From Planctomycetota bacterium (lineage in GTDB: Bacteria; Planctomycetota; PLA2; JAEUHO01), in contig CBDCWP010000013.1 of the NCBI GenBank assembly GCA_965223505.1, forward strand, positions 160,001-224,000: a DNA stretch of 64,000 nt, in the 5' to 3' direction. Positions 29,249 to 39,468 of this stretch are shown in pieces; within the stretch, counting starts at the first letter, position 1; each line of letters starts with the position of its first letter. The notes below the pieces were generated by a model. That model saw nothing but the letters and a program-made list of their open reading frames with translations. It did no database searches and was not told where the DNA came from. A program made the translations under genes and the position numbers.

Positions 29249-32200
29249 TCATGACAGACGCTGTAACGTTTGCTGAACAAGCCCCCGGATATCGGCTGCC
29301 CGAAACGGCTTGGCCAGATAGGGCGCACGACACTCATCGAGAAACGTTTTTGCCTCTGGACTCATGGTGTCGCCAGTCAAAAAGATAAAGTGTTGTTGTA
29401 GATGCGGATGTTCGCAGGCTAAGGTCCGGTAGAGAGTAGGGCCATCAAGCTCCGGCATTCGGAGGTCGCACAAGATGAGATCATAAGAACGCGCCCGTAG
29501 CTTGTCGAGGGCCTCACGGCCATTCGAGGCCGTATCGAGGGTGTGGCCGTCGCGTTGAAACACGCGAACTAACGCTTTGGTCGTACCGACTTCATCATCG
29601 ACGATGAGAAGGTCTTTGCCGCTAATTGGCGAGTCGATGTCGGGCGCCGTCGCCTCGACCGTGGCGGCGGGGATCTCCGTGACGGGAAGCTCGACGCGAA
29701 AAACGGCGCCCTGTTCCGTTTCGCTCTCGACATGCAGTTGACCGCCGTGGCTCTCGATAATTCCCTGACACAGCGGGAGGCCTAAGCCGGTGCCGACGCC
29801 AGGCGGCTTGGTCGTGAAAAACGGTTCGAGGATCCGTTCCAGCACCTCGGGGGGGATCCCTGGACCATTGTCGGCTACCTCGACAATCACCTGATCGGGA
29901 GTCGCCTCGAACCGGGTTGTCATCGTGATCCGGCGCGGCGGCGGGCTGTCGTGTAGGGCTTGCAGCGCATTGGTGATCAGATTGATAACGACCTGATGGA
30001 GTTGATGCGGGTCGGCCCAAAGCAAAGGAAGGTCGGCGCACAGCTTGCGTTCCACCTCAATATCATCGAGCTGCAGGGTGTACGTCAGCACCTGCATCGC
30101 GTCTTCAATAATCTCGTTGATGTTGACCGCCGTCTTCTCCGGTAGGTCTTGCCGCGCGAGGGTGAGAAAATGACGCACCAGCCGCACACAACGCGCTGCG
30201 GCCTGGCTAATGTCCGCGACAAGACCCGAGAGTTCCTCGTCAACGCTTTCTTCATGTAATAGATCCGCCTGCACCGTGATGGCGGTAAGGGGGTTGTTGA
30301 GTTCGTGCGCCACGTTAGCCAGCAAACCACTCATGGCCGCCAGTTTTTCGCTTTGATACAAGGCTTCCTGTTGGCGCCTCAGAGTTTCTTCCGCTCGCTG
30401 GCGTTCGCGGATTTCCTCATGCAACGCCGTGTTACTCTGAAGCAATAACACCGATTGACGTTGCCGCTCTGCAATGTATTGCGCATTGACGATCGCGATA
30501 GTCGCCTGACTGGCAAAGAGGGCAAGCAACTGGCTGTCCGCCTCACTAAACATGTGATGATGGGGCGGGCTGTCAAGAAGAATGACGCCTACCAAGCGAC
30601 TTTTGTAGAGCAGCGGTTCGGCGATCAAAGCCCTCGCGCCAAGGTATTTGAGAAAGGCGTGGGTCATGTACGGCGAATGCCGATAATCGTCAACCCGAAG
30701 TCCCTTCCGGCGTTGGGCGACCACTCCGGCCGCGCCTTCTCCCAGCGCCAGGTTGACGTTTTGCATCCAGGGGCCTCGTCCGCGCCAGACTCTTGGCGCG
30801 AGCCGCTCCGTCTCTTCGTCCCACTGGAAGATGACTCCCGACTGCGCTTCGGGCAGCACTTCCATCGCCCGTTCGATCATTAAGGGCAACAAGGTGGGCA
30901 GGTCGAGTTCGCGCGTCAGTTCGGCGCCCATGGCGCGGAGAACCTCCAGTTGCTCAAGCCGGCGCGATAGGCTGGCTTCAGCGTGCTCGCGCTCCGTGAT
31001 TTCATGGGTTAAAGCCTGATTGGCGGCGCTGAGCTGAATGGCTCGTTGCTGCGTGGTTTGCACAAAGTAGGCCAGCGACGCGAGGAGGAGGGCGGTCGCA
31101 AGGCCGATGAGCAATATCAGGGCAGGCAATGCTGACAGCGTTTCCTTCAACAACTCCGGCGCCGGCCAGATACGCATGCGCCATGTGACGCCAGGCGGCT
31201 CCAGGCTAACGTTCCGCCCCCATGCGCTGCGAAATAGCGTTTGGTTATCGCGATAGCCATAGAGCGTCTCATCCCCGTCTGAGAGGGACCAGGCCAAGTC
31301 AGGCGCATGGATGGTTGCGACCTGGTGCAGAAGGGATTGTATTTGATACCAACTGATGAGAAAGCCGCCAAAACCGGCTTGTCGCATAAGGGGGACAATG
31401 ATCTGGAGTCCACCGGGCTGTATGCCTGCAAGCGCGTGCGCGACCGTGACTTCGCCGCTGTGGCGCGCCGAGTCGAGGATACGGCGCTGTCGGGGCGTGG
31501 CGGCAAGGGATTGGCCTTCGACGCCTTGGTCCTCTTCGCGAGTTTGGAGCCAACGAATGCGCCACTCAGGATCGACCCACAGGATCGCTTGTAGATAGGG
31601 GTCACGCTGCTGATAACGCATCACATCTTTTTCCCAGACGTCCCCATATGGCGATTCTATCGATTCCCAGAGGGCCGTTAGGTACACCAGTTCCTGGATG
31701 CGAGAATTGACCTGCGCGACGATTTCTGCTTGTAACTTGGTTGCGCCCTGGTCAACTGTTTTGCGAATGATCGCGTGCTCGTTCGCCAACAGCGCCTGCC
31801 AGAGACACAGGGTGAGGGCGATGACGCCGACGCCCGCGATGACGGGAAGGCGAGGCGCGGTCGCCGTTGCCTCAGCGCGATACCGGCGCCAGATATACGC
31901 GATGACGCCGAGGCTTAAAACGATAAACCCGACCGCGGTATGGACCGCCATATCGGTAAACAGCTGCCAACTGTAAGCGGACTGCCAACCTGTTAAATAG
32001 CCGATGCAGGCGAGCAACCCAAAAGCAAGGACCATCCACCCCAGCAATCCAGATACCAGGTAGGCGAATTCAGAGCGGCGCGGTTTGGCAATGACGATGA
32101 GCGCGACTCCAATCCACAAAAAACACAGCGCCGTCTGCGGCGCCATGCGCCCAGGATGCGCAGTTTTAACGGTGATCGAAGCGCGCATGATGAGCTGATC

Positions 32201-32575
32201 GATTATGAGGTCGAGCCCAAACAGATACTCGCATAAAGTCAATAAACTAATCGCCGCCGCCAACAGACTCCCGATTGGGACCACGCGCCTCCAACCGGCG
32301 GCGAGCGCCATGAGACTAATGCCGCAACACAAAAAACACAGGGCCGTGTTGACCTGCATCGGCGCGAGAGAGGGGCGCACTTGCACCAGCGCCGCGCTTT
32401 GCGCATACCATCCAATAAGGACAGCCAGACCCAAGACGACGACGCAGACAGCGAGGATTCCAGGTGTGAGCGTGGATGCCGGCGAGTCGATTAACCATCT
32501 TTTCGTCGAAGCGCGCCCTGACATAGGGCCCTTCCTCCTGCTTGCTCTTCCATGATGCGCCATCGAGATCGTCAC
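29249..32575 (-). CDS. Membrane hybrid histidine kinase (multi-TM, CHASE-like, GAF, HisKA, HATPase, REC)
   Basis: [27 protein letters not shown]-terminal [12 protein letters not shown]; start uncertain. Confidence 0.9.
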   Translation of the reverse strand: MTISMAHHGRASRRKGPMSGRASTKRWLIDSPASTLTPGILAVCVVVLGLAVLIGWYAQSAALVQVRPSLAPMQVNTALCFLCCGISLMALAAGWRRVVPIGSLLAAAISLLTLCEYLFGLDLIIDQLIMRASITVKTAHPGRMAPQTALCFLWIGVALIVIAKPRRSEFAYLVSGLLGWMVLAFGLLACIGYLTGWQSAYSWQLFTDMAVHTAVGFIVLSLGVIAYIWRRYRAEATATAPRLPVIAGVGVIALTLCLWQALLANEHAIIRKTVDQGATKLQAEIVAQVNSRIQELVYLTALWESIESPYGDVWEKDVMRYQQRDPYLQAILWVDPEWRIRWLQTREEDQGVEGQSLAATPRQRRILDSARHSGEVTVAHALAGIQPGGLQIIVPLMRQAGFGGFLISWYQIQSLLHQVATIHAPDLAWSLSDGDETLYGYRDNQTLFRSAWGRNVSLEPPGVTWRMRIWPAPELLKETLSALPALILLIGLATALLLASLAYFVQTTQQRAIQLSAANQALTHEITEREHAEASLSRRLEQLEVLRAMGAELTRELDLPTLLPLMIERAMEVLPEAQSGVIFQWDEETERLAPRVWRGRGPWMQNVNLALGEGAAGVVAQRRKGLRVDDYRHSPYMTHAFLKYLGARALIAEPLLYKSRLVGVILLDSPPHHHMFSEADSQLLALFASQATIAIVNAQYIAERQRQSVLLLQSNTALHEEIRERQRAEETLRRQQEALYQSEKLAAMSGLLANVAHELNNPLTAITVQADLLHEESVDEELSGLVADISQAAARCVRLVRHFLTLARQDLPEKTAVNINEIIEDAMQVLTYTLQLDDIEVERKLCADLPLLWADPHQLHQVVINLITNALQALHDSPPPRRITMTTRFEATPDQVIVEVADNGPGIPPEVLERILEPFFTTKPPGVGTGLGLPLCQGIIESHGGQLHVESETEQGAVFRVELPVTEIPAATVEATAPDIDSPISGKDLLIVDDEVGTTKALVRVFQRDGHTLDTASNGREALDKLRARSYDLILCDLRMPELDGPTLYRTLACEHPHLQQHFIFLTGDTMSPEAKTFLDECRAPYLAKPFRAADIRGLVQQTLQRLS

Positions 32576-32653
32576 GAAGTGAAACAGGCAAGAGTATGCG
32601 CTAATTGCCGAATTGGGGTCAAGTCAATATTCTGAAGGCGGATAGGAGCGCGC

Positions 32654-34333
32654 CTATCTCCCGCAGGCGCCCCAAACGATGCCCAGAAACGCGCCGATGC
32701 TAGCGCCTGAGATCGCGTATTTCTGGAAACCTGTATGCAATGCCTGTTGAATAGTCGGGAGCGCCCCACGCCAGTCGACTCTAAGCAACGCCTCCACCAG
32801 GGCGTCTTCGGGCGCTGTGCTTAGCCCAATTGGCGTCAGCCCCATCATCATACTAACGCCGACGCCAATGCCGACGCCTAGGATGCCGCCGCTGAGGATG
32901 CGGCCCCAAGGAGATGGACCGCCTTGGCTCACGGGAATTGCCGGGCGTCTGCATGCGCCCCAGAACATCCCCCAGAACACGCCCCACGCAACGCTCCATC
33001 GAGCGCCCCAGCCGAGCGTCCACAGCATGTCAAGGTTGGCTTGTAAGGCGAGGGTCGGCGCCAATAGAACCCGTACGAGCAACCACACCAAGGCGCCAGA
33101 GATAGCGCCCCACAGAGCGCCGCTGAGAACGGACCTCATCCATGAAGGGCGCGACGTCGCGCGCGGGACTGGCGGCGTTGGATGCGGCGAGGTCGCCGCC
33201 GGCATCGGGCGTGTCGGCGGCGCAGGCGAGCGCAAAGGCATTTGAGCAGGCGGGGCCGCCTGTGTGTGATGCTGGCCTTGAACCGCTTGACGCGATGGAA
33301 ACGGATCGCGTCCTCCTAGGCGTTTAGCGCGTTCGCACCAAGGGCAACTTGAACAATGCTCGCTATACAGGTGTTGCTCATTCGCCCGGCATGAAATCAG
33401 GGTGCGTTCTGCTTCACGCAACGCCTTTTGCCAAGCGTGCGCATCCGGTCGGAGGCCAGGATTGGCGTGGCCTTTTTCGAAGCAGGTGAGAAAGAGATCT
33501 TGCAACGCCGGGTGCAAAAGCGCAAAAGATGGCGCAAAGGGCATGGGGTGATAGGGGCCGGCGCAGTGTTGACTATAGGGAAAATGGCCCGACGCAATGC
33601 GCGCCTCATAGGGCGGTGGGTCGCCTTGGCCCTGAAAGACGCCTGCAAACGGGTGGACGCCTTCCATGAGCAATTGAAAAATCAACACCGCCAAGCCGAA
33701 CCGATCGTGCTCGGGAACTCGGTCGATGTCGGCAAAAGCGCGACCCTGGAGTTCAGGCGGCGTATACTCCGGTCGGCCGACGGGGCAGCGATAGATCGCG
33801 CCATTTTGAGGCTCGCGCACCTGAAAAGAATCGGTGTCCACAAGCGTCACCAGCGCCGTATCCGTAACGAGCATGTTGGCGGCGTTCACATCGCCGATCA
33901 CGTAGCCTCGATCGTGCAAGGCGCGCACGGCGGCGGCAAGATTGTGACCGGTGCGATGCAGGTAGCGATAATTAAAAAGCGGCGATTGCTGACGACGCGT
34001 TCGGGGATTGTAATAGGTCATGATTGAGCGTATGTCGTCGGCGCGCCGCATGACGAAGCCGATGACCTGAGGCTGACGATCGGTCGTCAACAGCAGATCT
34101 AAAGGCCAGGCAATGGAGATATGCCCGTTGGCGGCCATGGGATCATCGGGCGCGTTGGCGATCATCGCGGCGAGCTTGCGCCCGTGGGCTGGCGTTGGGT
34201 GATGATACACTTTCGCCACGAGGGTTGTATCTCGGGGAATGTTGTAGATGCGCGCCTCCCCTCCGGCGCCGACGGTCGAAGCGGCGTCGAGCCGGAGAGA
34301 TTGCCCGGTGGATTGTCGTCGCGCCAGCATCAT
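32654..34333 (-). CDS. TerY-associated Ser/Thr kinase (YegI-like) with a C-terminal membrane region
   Basis: GAGGEA, VAKVYH, GDVN, LVDTDSF, YTPPEL, C..N..H...CPWC zinc motif. Confidence 0.85.
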   Translation of the reverse strand: MMLARRQSTGQSLRLDAASTVGAGGEARIYNIPRDTTLVAKVYHHPTPAHGRKLAAMIANAPDDPMAANGHISIAWPLDLLLTTDRQPQVIGFVMRRADDIRSIMTYYNPRTRRQQSPLFNYRYLHRTGHNLAAAVRALHDRGYVIGDVNAANMLVTDTALVTLVDTDSFQVREPQNGAIYRCPVGRPEYTPPELQGRAFADIDRVPEHDRFGLAVLIFQLLMEGVHPFAGVFQGQGDPPPYEARIASGHFPYSQHCAGPYHPMPFAPSFALLHPALQDLFLTCFEKGHANPGLRPDAHAWQKALREAERTLISCRANEQHLYSEHCSSCPWCERAKRLGGRDPFPSRQAVQGQHHTQAAPPAQMPLRSPAPPTRPMPAATSPHPTPPVPRATSRPSWMRSVLSGALWGAISGALVWLLVRVLLAPTLALQANLDMLWTLGWGARWSVAWGVFWGMFWGACRRPAIPVSQGGPSPWGRILSGGILGVGIGVGVSMMMGLTPIGLSTAPEDALVEALLRVDWRGALPTIQQALHTGFQKYAISGASIGAFLGIVWGACGR

Positions 34334-34337
34334 GCCC

Positions 34338-35105
34338 TCAATCGATAGCTGTTGCGACCACCAGCGTCAGATCATCATCCGTGCGTCCGGTGATGCGATC
34401 TGAGCGGAGGAACGCGTTGATTTGTTTTTGCGCTTCCGTCGCGTTGGTCGCGTCGGCGACAAAGCGAAACAAAGGCTTAAAAAAGGGCGCATGGGGCATG
34501 CCTGAGGGCATTCTGAGAGCGAGCCGCTGTAAACCATCGGTAAATGCGGCCAGCGACGTGGGTTTACCTGGCCACACGCGCACTTGCGCCGTGTTCAAAG
34601 CGTCAGGCGAACTCAGAAAGGTCGTTTCGTTGGCGTATTCGCCGCCCAACGGCGTCGTGAGGGCAATGACGTTGCCTTCACCATCCCCAACGACAACCGC
34701 GCCATCGCCAATTTGCATCACGGCAACCTGATCGGCGGTGGCGACAGCCAGAATCAAGGTGGTCGCGAGATGGCGGCTCGCGACCCGCCGCGCTGTCGCT
34801 TCCGCATCGACCGCGGCCCGCGCCGTTTGAACAGCCGTCGTCAGACACGCCCTCCACCCCGCATGATGGCGTGGCCAGGGCGATTGCGATAGCTGCGCGC
34901 AAAGTGTGGTGACGGCTGTTGATGAGGCCATGATGGCGCCGATTTGGCCGAGCGGCGCCGAGCCGGCGCCGTCGGCGACCGCCACCACCAGACCGCCATC
35001 GTCTATGGCGCGCCAGCCATGCGCGTCTTGGCATGGCTGGCTTCTCCGTTGATGGCCCGTTCCCTGCACTGATGCGCTCGCGACATGCCAGCGAGACGCG
35101 CTCAT
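34338..35105 (-). CDS. PP2C-like phosphatase (YegK-like)
   Basis: SVQGTGH...PCQD, VADGAGSA, IGDG, FTDG, TDDDLT. Confidence 0.9.
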   Translation of the reverse strand: MSASRWHVASASVQGTGHQRRSQPCQDAHGWRAIDDGGLVVAVADGAGSAPLGQIGAIMASSTAVTTLCAQLSQSPWPRHHAGWRACLTTAVQTARAAVDAEATARRVASRHLATTLILAVATADQVAVMQIGDGAVVVGDGEGNVIALTTPLGGEYANETTFLSSPDALNTAQVRVWPGKPTSLAAFTDGLQRLALRMPSGMPHAPFFKPLFRFVADATNATEAQKQINAFLRSDRITGRTDDDLTLVVATAID

Positions 35106-35157
35106 CGTAATTCTCCTCCTAAGTTGTCTAGCTAGTTGGGAGCTTGCTCATCGCTTT

Positions 35158-35832
35158 TTAAACGGTTCCCCACTCTGGCGGCGGCAAGGCCAACTGGTCA
35201 TCCGGTTGCGACTGCGCGACCGCCTGCATGCTGGCGGAAAGCCAGACAAACATATCGACAAAATTCAAGCCTTTGAGCTTGAGTGGCGTACGTTCGACAA
35301 TTGTGCCTAACCGCGTCATGTTCGCATTTTCCACGCCCACCGCGAAGAAGGCGAGGCGATTTTCCGCCTCGTCCGTCTTCAGGCGATGCGCGGCTTTCTC
35401 AACCACGTCATCGGGTTCATCCTGCGGTTCGCCATCCGTCATCATAAAGACCCAAGGGCGATAATAGGCTACCCCGTTCGCGCGGTATTGCTCCTTGCGC
35501 GCTTGGACCATATCCAACGCTTGGTGAATCGCAGCGCCCATATGGGTGTATCCTTGCGCCGTCAGGGTTGGCGGATCGAACTGGTCAACCGTCACGAAAT
35601 CCTGGACCATCTGCACATCGCTATCGAAGGTAACAATGGCCAGCTCGACTCGTCGCAGCGCGAGCGAATCGCCCATGAGGTCGTCTCGAAAGGCGCGCAA
35701 CCCCTCATTTAACGCATCGATTGGAGCACCCCGCATCGAACTTGAGGTATCGAGCAAGAGAACGCAAGGACAACGCGGCTCAGGATTCTCTGCAAATTCC
35801 ACCGCCTCTTCAAGATGCGTGGCTTCAGACAT
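35158..35832 (-). CDS. terY: TerY-like vWA domain protein (YegL-like)
   Basis: NPEPRCPCVLLLDTSSSM MIDAS motif, YYRPWVFMMTDG. Confidence 0.9.
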   Translation of the reverse strand: MSEATHLEEAVEFAENPEPRCPCVLLLDTSSSMRGAPIDALNEGLRAFRDDLMGDSLALRRVELAIVTFDSDVQMVQDFVTVDQFDPPTLTAQGYTHMGAAIHQALDMVQARKEQYRANGVAYYRPWVFMMTDGEPQDEPDDVVEKAAHRLKTDEAENRLAFFAVGVENANMTRLGTIVERTPLKLKGLNFVDMFVWLSASMQAVAQSQPDDQLALPPPEWGTV

Positions 35833-35858
35833 AGCATCTTCTCCTTCATTTTTATACT

Positions 35859-36102
35859 TTATTTCAGAATGGAGCTTTTTTCGATTTGTTTCTTTCGAGC
35901 TACATACTCTTGCCTATCGATTTTTCCTGTTCGATATTCTTCCTCTAACTGCTACATTTGACGATGCGCATGATATTCATAACCTGCTGCTCCAGCCGCC
36001 ACGCCCCCAAACAGCGCCTAGTCCGGCGCTTCCCAAATTACTGCTACCTCCAGATAGCAGAAAAAATGACAACAATAGTATTGGCGTCATTATTCGGGCC
36101 AT
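35859..36102 (-). pseudogene. Glycine-zipper lipoprotein pseudogene
   Basis: Signal peptide MARIMTPILLLSFFLLSGGS (no lipobox Cys), +1 frameshift near 36010, GGVAAGAAGYEYHAHRQM, TAG at 35952-35954, then QLEEEYRTGKIDRQEYVARKKQIEKSSILK. Confidence 0.65.
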
Positions 36103-36214
36103 ATCTCACTCCTATTTAAAAGCCGACTCACCTTTGCAGGTTTTCCATATTGATAGAATTTTAATGACTACAGGATCGAGACTCATGAGTGCTAACGCTA
36201 CATGTATAATAAAA

Positions 36215-36230
36215 AGCAAATCTCATGCCA
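36215..36230 (-). promoter_or_regulatory. sigma54 promoter of the lipoprotein-terY unit
   Basis: TGGCATGAGATTTGCT on the minus strand. Confidence 0.8.
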
Positions 36231-36455
36231 TCTGCATCAAAGTCTGATAGCCAGGGCGGGTATAGGGGTGCGATGCGCATGTGAGCACATCGCATTAATT
36301 GGCATCCACATGCCTGAAACACTGCTTTGGCCGTGCTTTACACGGGACAGCGACGCATCCCAGCGATCGAGCCGACGCGACATTGGGCGCAAACGCTGAC
36401 GCCAGCCAGACGTTGAACGAGCCGCTAGCGATCGCGTCGGACGAGATCGATATGT

Positions 36456-36489
36456 TCTCATATTGAAAGAAGGTTGACTCATTCTGAAA
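36456..36489. promoter_or_regulatory. Putative tandem UAS
   Basis: TCTCATATTGAAA at 36456 and ACTCATTCTGAAA at 36477 (21-bp period). Confidence 0.6.
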
Positions 36490-36745
36490 TGCTAGATATC
36501 GGAGCGGACACCTGTGGGTCTCGAAGACTAGAAGCGGCTTAGATTACTGACATTGGCGATGGATACGACCCTCCTCTAGTGGCGAGCCGCTTACCTATGG
36601 GCCTCCATAAAGCTGATCATTTCAATGGTTATACGTTTGCGGAAGCCACAGGGATGTCCAAGCCGAGCTGCCCAGGAGGTAATGGGGAGATGATGAAAGA
36701 CGTCGGTCAAGCGCGAGCGCGCGACCGCAGGGAGTTCTCTTAAAC

Positions 36746-38101
36746 TTATGAAATTTGGTACTCTTTTAGCTTCCGGTACAAGGTCGCTGGAGCAATCGCC
36801 AACTGACGCGAGGTGGCCAGACGATTCCCTTCACAGTGTTTTAGGGCCTGCACAATGGCTTCACGCTCGATGTCTTGCAGGGTGACTTCAAGCGGCAGCA
36901 CAAAATAGCCGTCCGTTTCCGGGATGGGCTCCCCGCGCAGCTCCTCAATGTTGAGGTCGTCTTCGGTAATCGAGTCGCCAGATGCCAAAACCACGGCCCG
37001 TTCGATCACATTCTCCAGCTCGCGAATATTGCCGGGCCAGGTATGCGCTTGCAGACGATTCAAGGCTTCGTGTTGGATGCCGGTAATATTTTTTTGATTT
37101 TGTTCACTATATTTCCGAATAAAGTGGGCCACGAGCAATGGGATATCATCACGGCGCTGGCGCAGGGGGGGCAATGCGATGGCGATGACGTTGAGTCGAT
37201 AGTAGAGATCCTGGCGAAACCGCTTGGCGACCACCTCCTCAGCTAGGTCTTTGTTGGTGGCGGTAATGATCCGCACATCCGCTTGAATATCCCGTGTGCC
37301 GCCCAGGCGTTTAAACGTGCCATCCTGCAACACGCGCAGGAGCTTCGATTGAATTTCGAGGGGCATGTCGCCAATTTCATCGAGGAACAACGTGCCCTGA
37401 TTGGCCAACTCAAAGTGACCCGGTTTACGGTCATAAGCCCCTGTAAACGCGCCTTTCTCATGCCCAAAGAGCTCCGCCTCCAACAAGCTGGCGGGCAGCG
37501 CCGCCGCGTTGAGGGTGATCAACGGCTTCTCCGCTCGCGGACTCAAGCGATGCAGCAAGGTCGCCACCAATTCCTTACCCGTGCCGCTTTCCCCCGACAC
37601 CAGCACCGTGGCGCGCGACGGCGCGACCTGCTCCACCAAGTCTCGGATTTGACGCCACGCAGGACTCGAACCAATCACTTCGGCCCGGACGAATTGATCT
37701 CGCACTTGGCGTTTGAGGGCGAGATTTTCAACCATAAGCACCCGCATGGCCAGGGCTTTATGGGCTGTCCGCAGAACGTCATCGCGACCAAGCGGCTTAA
37801 GCAAATAATCAAACGCGCCCTCTTTCATCGCTTCAATCGCGACATCAATCTCTCGATGCCCCGAGATCATGACCACCGCGGTTCCCTCATCTTCTTGCTT
37901 GACCTGCCGCAAGAGGGCGAGCCCGTCCATCTTAGGCATTTTCACATCGCTAAACAGCAAATCGACGTCTTGCTCGCGTAGATGTCCCAATGCCTCTTCG
38001 CCAGAGGTAGCCGTCAACACCGTATAGCCCTCGCGCTGGAGAATTGCTTCCATGGCTTTGAGCGTACTACGCGCATCATCAACAACTAAGATTGTCGCCA
38101 T
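36746..38101 (-). CDS. sigma54-dependent response regulator, paralog of 5863-7221
   Basis: REC domain, GESGTGKE, GAFTGA, WPGNIREL, HTH QLAIAPATLYRKLKEY. Confidence 0.95.
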   Translation of the reverse strand: MATILVVDDARSTLKAMEAILQREGYTVLTATSGEEALGHLREQDVDLLFSDVKMPKMDGLALLRQVKQEDEGTAVVMISGHREIDVAIEAMKEGAFDYLLKPLGRDDVLRTAHKALAMRVLMVENLALKRQVRDQFVRAEVIGSSPAWRQIRDLVEQVAPSRATVLVSGESGTGKELVATLLHRLSPRAEKPLITLNAAALPASLLEAELFGHEKGAFTGAYDRKPGHFELANQGTLFLDEIGDMPLEIQSKLLRVLQDGTFKRLGGTRDIQADVRIITATNKDLAEEVVAKRFRQDLYYRLNVIAIALPPLRQRRDDIPLLVAHFIRKYSEQNQKNITGIQHEALNRLQAHTWPGNIRELENVIERAVVLASGDSITEDDLNIEELRGEPIPETDGYFVLPLEVTLQDIEREAIVQALKHCEGNRLATSRQLAIAPATLYRKLKEYQIS

Positions 38102-38181
38102 ACCCTGCCAATCTCCATCTGCGTAATAAGATCTATCGCCAACTAATGAAGGCTATTCTAGCATACTGGATGATTGTCGTC

Positions 38182-38194
38182 TCTCAAAATGAGA
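38182..38194. promoter_or_regulatory. Single TCTCA-N3-TGAGA site upstream of the second activator gene
   Basis: TCTCAAAATGAGA, about 80 bp upstream of the start. Confidence 0.55.
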
Positions 38195-38444
38195 TAAAAT
38201 TTGCCCTCGGACCGCTGTCGTCAGTATTGCTCCTAACTCACAGCGCCAGGCCGCACAAGATATAAAAAACAATTTGAAAGGTTGCATTGTCAGCCATCAC
38301 ATCAGACACGCTATGATCAAAACAAGGCGGCAAGAATTTTCTGGCATAGCGCATCTCGTCACCGTCTTGATGCGCCGACATACGATACGATCCCCAGTAG
38401 CCGCAGCGGAGCAAGGCGAGATGAGCCCCTTGTGCGGCGAGGCT

Positions 38445-39428
38445 TTATGTCTCGAGGATGATCTTACCAAACTGATTGTTGGCCAACATATACGCATGCG
38501 CAGAGGGGAGATCATCGAGCGCGAACGCGCGGTCGAGAACGGGCCGCAGCCGACCGGCTTCAAAGGCGCCGAGAAGGTCGGTGACGAACCGCTGGCTACA
38601 CACGAACGCTTCCTGCGGCGTGCGCGTTCGAAAGGTCACGCCGATCAACGACAACCGATTGAGCGCGACCCAGTCCAGATCGATCGTCGAGTGGCGGCCG
38701 TCGTTGCGGCCTACGCTGATGTAGCGCCCACCCACGGCCATCGTGGCCAGTAGGCCCGGAAATAAGGAGCCGCCCACGAGGTCGATCACCACATCGATAC
38801 CGCCGCTCACACGCCGCGCCTGTTCCGCCCAGTCCGCCGCTGTCGTGTCCACGATGTGGGTGGCGCCAATACCCATCAGCGCCGACGCCTTTGCTGGCGA
38901 GCGGGTCGTGGCGGCCACCAATCGAGCCCCCAAGTACCGGGCAATCTGAATGGCCGCTGTTCCCACCCCCGATGAACCCGCCGAGATCAGGACTGCGTCA
39001 TTGGCCCGCATACCCGCCGCTGTGACCAGCGCATCGTGGGCCGTGACAAACACATTGGGAATGGCGGCGGCCTCCGCGTCAGACAAATGCCCCGGAATGC
39101 GCATGAGGGCCGACGCATCGACGACCGAATATTCTGCGTGGCAAGCGGCCCCGCGGCCCATCACGCGGTTCCCAACGGACCACCCCATCACCCCATCGCC
39201 GATCGCCGCGATGACGCCGGCAAATTCAATGCCTGACGGTCTAGAACGGGCTGTGGGATCGGTTGTGCGCAGCGCCGCGCGGCCAATGATTTCCCCCCGG
39301 TTGACGCCCGCGCCCCGGATGGCGACCAACACCTGGCCAGGACCGGGATGCGGAATCTCCACCTCTCTCCGCTCCAGTTCTCCACCGTCAGCGCCAGGGA
39401 CGACCCACCACTGATGCATCCGTGACAT
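38445..39428 (-). CDS. MDR-family NADPH:quinone oxidoreductase-like protein
   Basis: GVNRGE, GIEFAG, AGSSGVGTAAIQ, GKIIL. Confidence 0.9.
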   Translation of the reverse strand: MSRMHQWWVVPGADGGELERREVEIPHPGPGQVLVAIRGAGVNRGEIIGRAALRTTDPTARSRPSGIEFAGVIAAIGDGVMGWSVGNRVMGRGAACHAEYSVVDASALMRIPGHLSDAEAAAIPNVFVTAHDALVTAAGMRANDAVLISAGSSGVGTAAIQIARYLGARLVAATTRSPAKASALMGIGATHIVDTTAADWAEQARRVSGGIDVVIDLVGGSLFPGLLATMAVGGRYISVGRNDGRHSTIDLDWVALNRLSLIGVTFRTRTPQEAFVCSQRFVTDLLGAFEAGRLRPVLDRAFALDDLPSAHAYMLANNQFGKIILET

Positions 39429-39468
39429 TTTTAGCTATTCCTCACGCCATGCGCATCATATGTTTAGG

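Noticed and set aside
38351..38427. Possible ncRNA closed by CATCTCG/CGAGATG
   Set aside because: The stem is short and no family motifs were recognised
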